The position numbers and the translations under genes were made by a program. From Treponema sp. (GTDB taxonomy: Bacteria > Spirochaetota > Spirochaetia > Treponematales > Treponemataceae), in the NCBI GenBank assembly GCA_041669845.1, contig JBAYAJ010000001.1, positions 1 through 56,025 of the forward strand: DNA of 56,025 nt, in the 5' to 3' direction. Under the pieces are notes generated by a model, which was not told the DNA's origin, ran no database searches, and saw only the letters and a program-made list of their open reading frames with translations. This document shows positions 48,934 through 56,025 of the stretch, one piece after another. Every line of letters begins with the position of its first letter. Position 1 is the stretch's first letter.

Positions 48934-48986
48934 ATAATCTCCTTATGGGCATTAGGGAACTCACAACGAAGTTCCAAGGGGTGGAT
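48934..48986 (-). ncRNA. Putative S6:S18 autoregulatory leader RNA
   Basis: Minus strand CCUU-GGAACU(loop)AGUUCC-CUAAUGCCCAU-AAGGAG: inner hairpin, CC-containing internal loop, outer stem pairing into the RBS. Confidence 0.6.
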
Positions 48987-48992
48987 TTTATA

Positions 48993-49021
48993 AGAATAAC
49001 AGAACTGCACACAAGGGTCAA
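48993..49021 (-). promoter_or_regulatory. Putative sigma70 promoter of the rpsF operon
   Basis: TTGACC-17 bp-TATTCT with extended TG. Confidence 0.7.
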
Positions 49022-49125
49022 GATAAATTCGGAAATTAAAAGAAAAACACTTCTCTGACAACCGGACAATCTGAATAATTTTATCAGTACTTGCTTCTAT
49101 TCCTTTTTGCATTATATAATATAGT

Positions 49126-50652
49126 ATGATTTTGCAATCAGAAAAAAATATAATCCGTCTTTTTTTTCTCTTTCTTATTTTTTATACCGTATCTATGGCG
49201 AAAATCTCCGCGTCAGATAACAGCAGCTCATACGATGCCCTTATAGAAAGCGGATCGGTAGAGGACATAACAAAAGCACTCAAAAAAAACGGCGATCTGA
49301 TTACATATACAGTCGGAGAAAACAATGACACGCTTCTTATGAGTGTTATTTTCCGGAAACGCAGTAAAGATATCATAAAACTACTGCTTGACGCAGGTAT
49401 CAGTCCTGCAAAAAAAAATAAAATCGGACAATCTGCAGTTTCATATGCCTGCAGGTACTGTGAAGATACTGATACAGCTGCACTTATTTTATCATATGGA
49501 ACTTTTTCAAAAAACCAGATACGGACACGACTCATGTCAAAGGATAAAACAGGGAAGTATGCTGCTCAATACATTGACGAAAACAGCTCAACAGAGGTAC
49601 AGCAGCTCGTAAAATCCTATCTGCATGAAAAAGATATTACACTTTTGTTCAGTGGGAGTACCGGAATTTCTTCTTCGAATGATAATCAGGAGGACATTCC
49701 GGCTTCTGTACCGTCGTCAGCTGCCGCAGTTTCTGCTGCTGTTCCGTCCGGCGTACCACACACCGTTCCCGCTCTACCGGCTGCAGGCGGTACACCTGAG
49801 GCAATCGGTAAAACAAAACCGGAACAGAATTCTCCGGCAGTCCAGCAGGACTCAATACCTCCTGTCGCTGTTCAAAATCAAAACACAGCAGTCCGGCTGC
49901 CACCATCAGACACAGAAGCAGTCAGACCGTCAAAAATTTCTACCTATAAAAGGACATCTCTTTATGATTATGCCGGTGACGATTCTGCCGGTGCAGATAT
50001 CCAGAAATCGTCTCTCAAAGAAGAATCTATTCCAGATGTAAATATTTCCGATGCAAACGGTGTAACACCGCTGATGACTGCACTCAAGGAAGGTAATGAC
50101 TGGGAAGTAGATTCACTGCTTTATTCAGGTGCGGATGTAAATGCGGCAGATTCAGAAGGATGGACTCCTCTTATGTATGCAGTTCGTTATCAAAATAACG
50201 AAACGCTTGTACGCACACTTATCACTCATGGTGCAAATATCCGTGTACAAAACAACTATAAGGCTTCCCCTCTTACCATAGCTGCCCAATATTCAGATAA
50301 TCCTGAAATACTTTCAGATTTACTTACTGTATATTATCCGTCTGAAGATGATGTATTCAAATCATTCATATATACTATTATAGGGACAACTTCTTCAGAG
50401 AGAGTATATCTTGCAAAAGTACAACTGTTTCTGGACAAAGGAACACCGCTCAACAGATTCTGGGAAGGAAAAACACCGCTTATGTATGCGGCAGAAAGCA
50501 GCAGTTCTACATCGCTTATTGAACTATTATTGAAAAATGGAGCTATAATTTCTACTCGTACGGCAGACAAAAAGACAGCCTTTGATTTTGCCGGAACTAA
50601 CACACGGCTGCCACATGACCAGATCTACTGGTCGCTCAATGCAGGACGGTAA
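49126..50652 (+). CDS. Exported ankyrin-repeat protein with Pro/Ala/Ser linker
   Basis: GVTPLMTA, GWTPLMYA, GKTPLMYA, GADVNA; signal-like N-terminus. Confidence 0.9.
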   Translation: MILQSEKNIIRLFFLFLIFYTVSMAKISASDNSSSYDALIESGSVEDITKALKKNGDLITYTVGENNDTLLMSVIFRKRSKDIIKLLLDAGISPAKKNKIGQSAVSYACRYCEDTDTAALILSYGTFSKNQIRTRLMSKDKTGKYAAQYIDENSSTEVQQLVKSYLHEKDITLLFSGSTGISSSNDNQEDIPASVPSSAAAVSAAVPSGVPHTVPALPAAGGTPEAIGKTKPEQNSPAVQQDSIPPVAVQNQNTAVRLPPSDTEAVRPSKISTYKRTSLYDYAGDDSAGADIQKSSLKEESIPDVNISDANGVTPLMTALKEGNDWEVDSLLYSGADVNAADSEGWTPLMYAVRYQNNETLVRTLITHGANIRVQNNYKASPLTIAAQYSDNPEILSDLLTVYYPSEDDVFKSFIYTIIGTTSSERVYLAKVQLFLDKGTPLNRFWEGKTPLMYAAESSSSTSLIELLLKNGAIISTRTADKKTAFDFAGTNTRLPHDQIYWSLNAGR

Positions 50653-50657
50653 TAAAA

Positions 50658-51245
50658 ATGCGTATAACTGGTGGTCAACTTTCAGGAAGAACAACAAAAT
50701 GCCCGGATGGAGTTATTCGTCCGGCTATGGACAGAATGCGTGAATCAGTCTTTGCCGTTCTCGGTGATTTAACAGGAAAATCATTTCTTGATCTTTTTTC
50801 CGGTTCAGGGACAATCGCAATCGAGGCTGTCTCCCGAGGTGCGGTTCACGTCGCACTCTGTGAAAAGGATAAAATAAAATTTTCTACTATTATTCAAAAT
50901 ATTTCAATCACAGAAAAAGACATGGGCATAAAGATCCAATGTCACTTTATGCCTGTCGAATATTTCATAAAACGCTGCAGAGATAATTTTGATTACATTT
51001 TTCTGGATCCGCCGTTTGCATATAAATATCATGAAGATCTGGTATCAAAAATTTTTGAAAAAAAAATGCTTGCACAGGGCGGTATAATTCTTGTTCACCG
51101 TCCCGAAGAGCATTTCATGCCAGATAAAATCCAAGGCCTTCATCGGAGCGATCAGCGTATATACGGAAGATCGATTGTTGATTTTTATTCATATGAAGAG
51201 GTTAATACCCCTATTCAGAATGTTAAGGTTGTTAATTCCTGTTGA
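50658..51245 (+). CDS. rsmD: 16S rRNA m2G966 methyltransferase
   Basis: MRITGG, IRPAMDRMRESVF, LDLFSGSG, FLDPPF. Confidence 0.93.
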   Translation: MRITGGQLSGRTTKCPDGVIRPAMDRMRESVFAVLGDLTGKSFLDLFSGSGTIAIEAVSRGAVHVALCEKDKIKFSTIIQNISITEKDMGIKIQCHFMPVEYFIKRCRDNFDYIFLDPPFAYKYHEDLVSKIFEKKMLAQGGIILVHRPEEHFMPDKIQGLHRSDQRIYGRSIVDFYSYEEVNTPIQNVKVVNSC

Positions 51246-51322
51246 TTTTGAAAATTCCTTGACTTTTGCACAAAAAATGTTACCATATATAAGGAATATC
51301 GCTTTTTTTTCAAGAGAGTTTC

Positions 51323-51664
51323 ATGACTGACGATTTTAAAAAACAGATAAAAAATAAACAGGGACCTGAAGGATTTATAAAGGTTACAGATTCACCTGTA
51401 TTATCGCTAACCTCAGAACAAAAAGCAGTTTTGAACAGAAAAGGTAATATTCTTTATAATCAGGGAGACATTGAAAGCGCCCGGAGAATTTTTGTCACAA
51501 CCGGATATTCGGATGGTTTAACAAGAATTGGTGATGCATATATGCAAAAAAAAGAGGGAATAAAAGCTCTCAAGCAATACGTTCTTGCTCATAATGTAAA
51601 AAAGTCTGAGCCAGTCTATGCAGATCTGGCAAAAATCATTTCAATCATACTAAAAGAAGATTGA
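51323..51664 (+). CDS. Small helical (TPR-like) hypothetical protein
   Basis: LNRKGNILYNQGDIESARRIF; upstream TTGACT-16-TACCAT. Confidence 0.75.
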   Translation: MTDDFKKQIKNKQGPEGFIKVTDSPVLSLTSEQKAVLNRKGNILYNQGDIESARRIFVTTGYSDGLTRIGDAYMQKKEGIKALKQYVLAHNVKKSEPVYADLAKIISIILKED

Positions 51665-51686
51665 TTTAAAAAAAAGGAGCATTTGT

Positions 51687-52868
51687 ATGGACACTGAAGA
51701 TATTTCAAAAAATGAACAGACATTTACAGCAGATGCGTCATTTCCAGCTGAAACTGACGCAGAAAAAGCTAGTGATCCGCAGTCTGATAAAATTTCAGAA
51801 TTTTCAAAAGAAGGATATCTCCTCTTGAAAAGCAATAAAATTCAGGAAGCGGAAGATGCATTCCGTAAAATTCTTCAACTCGAAGACAACAATAATTATG
51901 CACTTGTTGGGTTAGGCGATTCAGAACGTAAACGCAACAATTTTAATGAGGCTATCCGCTTCTATCAGTCATGTCTTTCGTATCATCCTGGTAATAACTA
52001 TGCATTATTCGGCCTCGCAGACTGTTATAAGGCACTCAATCAGTATCATAAAGCGATTGAAATCTGGGAACAGTATCTTGTCCACGATGATCGTAATATA
52101 ACCGTTCTCACGCGTGTTGCAGACGCATATCGCAAAATCCGTGATTTCAAAAAATCAAAAGAATTATATCTGAAAGTGCTCGACATGGAACAAAACAATG
52201 CATATGCACTTATTGGACTCGGACACCTTCATTATGACTTCAAGGAATACAAAGATGCGCTTTATTACTGGTCAAAAATGCTTGAACTCAATAATGATGC
52301 TGTAGATATACGCGTACTTACATCCATAGGAAACTGTCACCGTAAACTTAAAACATTCGATCAGGGAATTTCATACTTTGAACGTGCGCTTGAAATGGAT
52401 CCAAATAACTTTTATGCACTTTTCGGTCTGGCTGACTGCTATCGCGGTATGAATCAGCAGTATCGTTCAATAGAATACTGGAACCGTATACTAAAACTCG
52501 ATCCGAACAACAAAGTAATTCTTACACGTGCAGGTGACGCATACCGTAATACTGGTGACTATAAGACGGCTGCCCAGTATTACAATAAAGCACTTGATAT
52601 TGATTTCGATATTTATGCAGCCCTCGGACTTGCTCTTATCTGTAAAGGTGAAGGTAAGTACGAGGAGGCCGCTACCCGACTTTCAAATCTTATTCGTAAT
52701 GATTCAAAAAATTACCGTCTGTATATCGATCTGGCGGATTGTTATGTCAAAATGAACAGAAGACAGGATGCAATGAGCAGCCTTGAAAGTTTTCAAAAGC
52801 AGGGTATCCGAAGCCAGCCTGTTAACGAAATGCTGGACAAGCTGAAAACAAATAAATCTTTTTTTTGA
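51687..52868 (+). CDS. TPR-repeat protein
   Basis: Many 34-aa repeats (NNYALVGLGD, NNYALFGLAD, NFYALFGLAD). Confidence 0.92.
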   Translation: MDTEDISKNEQTFTADASFPAETDAEKASDPQSDKISEFSKEGYLLLKSNKIQEAEDAFRKILQLEDNNNYALVGLGDSERKRNNFNEAIRFYQSCLSYHPGNNYALFGLADCYKALNQYHKAIEIWEQYLVHDDRNITVLTRVADAYRKIRDFKKSKELYLKVLDMEQNNAYALIGLGHLHYDFKEYKDALYYWSKMLELNNDAVDIRVLTSIGNCHRKLKTFDQGISYFERALEMDPNNFYALFGLADCYRGMNQQYRSIEYWNRILKLDPNNKVILTRAGDAYRNTGDYKTAAQYYNKALDIDFDIYAALGLALICKGEGKYEEAATRLSNLIRNDSKNYRLYIDLADCYVKMNRRQDAMSSLESFQKQGIRSQPVNEMLDKLKTNKSFF

Positions 52869-52885
52869 GACTGCAGTATAATAAT

Positions 52886-53902
52886 ATGGAGAAAATCCCT
52901 CTTGCCGGCCTTATACCGGAAGAAATATGCAAAGTTCTTTCGCTTTCTCCGTCGTTCCGGGGTGTTCAGATTTTTAAATGGATCGGAAAAGGTGTAGAAT
53001 CTTTTGATGAAATGACAAACATCAGTGCGCTGCTCAGAGAAGAACTGAAAAAAAAAGCTGTACTGCGGTCTTCATCAATTACAAATACGTTAAACGATCC
53101 GGACGGTACGATAAAACTGCAGATTACACTTCATGACGGACTTGCCGTAGAAACAGTCTTACTCACTGACCGTGAAAACAGAAAGACTGCCTGTGTTTCG
53201 TGTCAGGCAGGATGTGCTATGAAATGTGCCTTTTGCAAAACAGGAACACTGGGACTTGCCCGGAATCTCACCCCAGAAGAGATCGTAGAACAGTTTTTCT
53301 TTCTTGAAAAATCTGCAGGACCGCTTGATAATATTGTCTTTATGGGTATGGGAGAACCAATGATGAATCTTGACAGTATCCGCCGGACAGTATCCGTTCT
53401 TACAGACAATCGGGGAAGAAATCTCTCTGCCAGACGCATTACGCTCTCTACATCCGGTGTCATAAAAGGCATATATGATCTTGCCGACAACGGTCCATTT
53501 CTAAGACTTGCAGTTTCTCTTACAACCGCCGAAGAAGGACTACGTTCAGAACTTATGCCTGTCTCCCGTGCAAATCCCCTACCTGAACTTAAAAAGGCGA
53601 TCGCATATTATATAGAAAAAACCGGAAAACGAGTTACTCTGGAAGCTGTACTTATTTCCTCTAAAAATACAGGACCGGAAAGTGCGCGCCATATGATTGA
53701 CTTCGCAAAAGATCTCGACGTAAATATCAATCTCATTCCCTGGAATCCGGTAGAAGGATTGCCTTTTACAGAGCCAGACTCTTCAGAATCTGCAGATTTC
53801 GTATCCAGACTTCTGAATGCCGGTCTTAATGTTACACTCAGAACACGGAGGGGACGTAAAATTGGAGGTGCCTGCGGGCAGCTTGGAAATACTACCACTT
53901 GA
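52886..53902 (+). CDS. rlmN: Radical SAM RNA methyltransferase RlmN
   Basis: CQAGCAMKCAFC, FMGMGEP, NLIPWN, GACGQL. Confidence 0.95.
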   Translation: MEKIPLAGLIPEEICKVLSLSPSFRGVQIFKWIGKGVESFDEMTNISALLREELKKKAVLRSSSITNTLNDPDGTIKLQITLHDGLAVETVLLTDRENRKTACVSCQAGCAMKCAFCKTGTLGLARNLTPEEIVEQFFFLEKSAGPLDNIVFMGMGEPMMNLDSIRRTVSVLTDNRGRNLSARRITLSTSGVIKGIYDLADNGPFLRLAVSLTTAEEGLRSELMPVSRANPLPELKKAIAYYIEKTGKRVTLEAVLISSKNTGPESARHMIDFAKDLDVNINLIPWNPVEGLPFTEPDSSESADFVSRLLNAGLNVTLRTRRGRKIGGACGQLGNTTT

Positions 53903-53927
53903 ATATATAAAAGTTATATTTTATAAT
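53899..53927 (+). promoter_or_regulatory. Putative sigma70 promoter for the HMA-like gene
   Basis: TTGAAT-17 bp-TATAAT. Confidence 0.65.
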
Positions 53928-53946
53928 TACTTTACAGGGGCTTAAT

Positions 53947-54150
53947 ATGCAGAAGAAAATCTATGTTGCAGGTATGTTCGATGATGCTACAGCTAAAAAA
54001 GTAGATACAGCTGTACGTGGAGTATCCGGCGTAACAAATGTCGCTGCTAATACAGCAAAAGCACAGGTTCTTGTCGATTTTAATGATGGAACCTCTGAAG
54101 ATGCGATCGACAGTGCAATAAAAAGCACTGGTGTCGATGTATTGAACTAA
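53947..54150 (+). CDS. Small HMA/CopZ-fold protein lacking CxxC
   Basis: IYVAGMFDDATAKKVDTAVRGVSGV...IDSAIKSTG follows the HMA pattern; no Cys. Confidence 0.75.
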   Translation: MQKKIYVAGMFDDATAKKVDTAVRGVSGVTNVAANTAKAQVLVDFNDGTSEDAIDSAIKSTGVDVLN

Positions 54151-54151
54151 T

Positions 54152-55096
54152 ATGAAACTAACAGTTCTTGACGGCCATGCATTGAATCCTGGTGATCTTA
54201 CATGGGACTCTTTTAAGCAGTTCGCTTCTGTTACTGTCTATGAACGTACTCCTTCCGATTCAGTAATTAACCGTATCGGTGATTCAGATGCAGTACTTTT
54301 GAATAAAATCGTAATCAATGCGGACATTTTTAAACAATGTCCGCATTTAAAATATATAGGGATACTTGCTACAGGTTATAATGTTGTTGATGTAAAAGCA
54401 GCGCATGACTTCGGAGTCACTGTAACGAATGTGCCATCTTACAGCACCATGTCTGTAGCCCAGCATGTCTTCTCCTTTATTACAGCCTTTTCAAATCATG
54501 TCCAGCTTCACAGCGATGGTGTTATGAAAGGAAAATGGACGGCATGTCCTGACTTCTGCTATTGGGACGTACCTCTCTCTGAACTCGCAGGTAAGACTCT
54601 TGGAATTTTCGGCTTTGGTCATATAGGCGAACGCGTTGCTCTAATTGGGCAGGCATTTGGAATGAATATTATATGCTGCCCACATCATATAAAAGACGGA
54701 ATACCATCCCCGGTATCCCGCGATGAGCTTTTCCAAAAATCCGATTTTCTGACACTTCATGCACCTCTTACCCCCGAAACGACAGAGGTAGTTGACAGAC
54801 GGACGCTTTCTCTTATGAAAAAAAGTGCATATGTTATAAACACTGCACGAGGCGGACTTGTCAATGAATGCGACATACGTACAGCGCTTGACAGCGGCAA
54901 TATTGCAGGATATGCATGCGACGTTCTTACTACCGAACCAATGAAAAAAGACTGTCCTCTTCTGGGTGCACCTAACTGCCTTATTACTCCCCATATAGCA
55001 TGGGCTCCAAAAGAAACACGGATCAGGCTTATGGATATTGCACTTAAAAACTTTGAATACTATTTAAATGGTAGTCCTCAGAATGTCGTATCATAA
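54152..55096 (+). CDS. D-2-hydroxyacid dehydrogenase (glycerate dehydrogenase-like)
   Basis: LNPGDL, ATGYNVVD, GIFGFGHIG, INTARGGLV, DVLTTEP, TPHIAW. Confidence 0.93.
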   Translation: MKLTVLDGHALNPGDLTWDSFKQFASVTVYERTPSDSVINRIGDSDAVLLNKIVINADIFKQCPHLKYIGILATGYNVVDVKAAHDFGVTVTNVPSYSTMSVAQHVFSFITAFSNHVQLHSDGVMKGKWTACPDFCYWDVPLSELAGKTLGIFGFGHIGERVALIGQAFGMNIICCPHHIKDGIPSPVSRDELFQKSDFLTLHAPLTPETTEVVDRRTLSLMKKSAYVINTARGGLVNECDIRTALDSGNIAGYACDVLTTEPMKKDCPLLGAPNCLITPHIAWAPKETRIRLMDIALKNFEYYLNGSPQNVVS

Positions 55097-55124
55097 CTAA
55101 ACCTCAAACATACATACTATTTTA

Positions 55125-55153
55125 TTGACTATTGCACAATATTTATTTATACT
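55125..55153 (+). promoter_or_regulatory. Putative sigma70 promoter of leuC
   Basis: TTGACT-17 bp-TATACT; AAGGAG RBS downstream. Confidence 0.7.
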
Positions 55154-55190
55154 AAAGTTGTTCAGTACCACTAAAACAAGGAGCATTTGT

Positions 55191-56025
55191 ATGGGTAAAA
55201 CAATAGCACAGAAAATATTTGATTCGCATCTTGTAGATTCTCCATTTCCGAATACGTATGTTCTCAGACTTGACCGGATATTCTGCCACGAAATTACAAC
55301 GCCTGTTGCAATAAACGATCTTGTCGAACGCGGAAAGGATAAAGTCTTTGATAATACAAAAATCAAGGCAGTGATCGATCATGTAACACCGGCTAAAGAC
55401 AGTAAGACTGCAGCTCAGGGAAAAATTCTCCGGGAATGGGCACGCCGCCAGAATATTAAAGATTTTTTCGATATTGGTTCAAATGGTGTCTGTCATGCCA
55501 TTTTCCCCGAAAAAGGATTTGTCCGTCCGGGATTCACCGTCATTATGGGTGATTCACATACCTGTACGCACGGTGCGTTCGGTGCATTTGCAGCAGGAGT
55601 CGGTACTACGGACCTTGAAGTAGGTATTCTTAAGGGAGTATGTTCTTTCCGGGAACCAAAATCAATAAAATTCATACTTAACGGAAAACTGAAAGAAGGC
55701 GTATATGCAAAAGACGTTATTCTTTCTCTTATAGCGAAAATCGGAGTAAACGGTGCAACAAACTGTGTCATAGAATTTTCAGGCCCCGTTATCGACAGCT
55801 TCGGCATGGAAGAACGCATGACACTCTGCAATATGGCTGTCGAAGCAGGCGGAACATCAGGTATCTGTTACCCGGATATGAAGACCGTCGATTATCTGTG
55901 GGATTTCATCAAAGACGAATACAAAACAAAGGAAAACGCGCTTGCAGATTACCGTAAGTGGGTATCCGATCCGGATGCAGCATATGAACAAGTATATACT
56001 CTGGATCTCTCTGATCTCGAACCAG
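55191..56025 (+). CDS. leuC: 3-isopropylmalate dehydratase large subunit (partial; absent from the ORF track because it runs off the window)
   Basis: MGKTIAQKIF, CHEITTP, IDHVTP, GVCH, GDSHTCTHGAFG, RMTLCNMAVEAG. Confidence 0.85.
   Translation, partial: MGKTIAQKIFDSHLVDSPFPNTYVLRLDRIFCHEITTPVAINDLVERGKDKVFDNTKIKAVIDHVTPAKDSKTAAQGKILREWARRQNIKDFFDIGSNGVCHAIFPEKGFVRPGFTVIMGDSHTCTHGAFGAFAAGVGTTDLEVGILKGVCSFREPKSIKFILNGKLKEGVYAKDVILSLIAKIGVNGATNCVIEFSGPVIDSFGMEERMTLCNMAVEAGGTSGICYPDMKTVDYLWDFIKDEYKTKENALADYRKWVSDPDAAYEQVYTLDLSDLEP

Noticed and set aside
1-56025. CRISPR arrays, tRNA/rRNA genes, prophage or defence systems
   Set aside because: No repeat-spacer periodicity, cloverleaf, rRNA-like stretch or recognisable cas, phage or defence motifs were seen.

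Overview
This window looks like a spirochaete chromosome segment, most likely Treponema. The call rests on a P83/100-family gene, the rpsF-ssb-rpsR-rplI-dnaB order and several spirochaete-type hypothetical genes. Bases 1 to ~5.3 kb are a nest of mostly broken insertion sequences: two IS66 ends, a frameshifted IS4 with an IR-IR junction, IS21 istA with truncated istB, an IS3 with a nonsense codon, and an IS256 tail. The rest is housekeeping DNA: mfd, three RluA-family synthases, yggS, rsmA, comEC, a PilZ protein, a Gld-like ABC system, rnz, femAB, metG, pcnB, an rlmD-like gene, dnaB, the S6 operon, rsmD, rlmN and a partial leuC. The most unusual locus is an rnfCDGEAB-ordered cluster (30150-34811). 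Its subunits keep the overall architecture and the ferredoxin clusters but lack the recognisable flavin/NADH-binding and membrane Fe-S motifs. It is flanked by a GH57 protein without recognisable catalytic residues and by uncharacterised upstream genes. Other notable signals are an 11-bp-phased array of DnaA-box-like 9-mers upstream of dnaB, several apparently leaderless genes, an S6:S18-type leader and a cysteine-free HMA-fold protein. No rRNA, tRNA or CRISPR array was seen. All family calls come from motif recognition by eye; no database searches were run.
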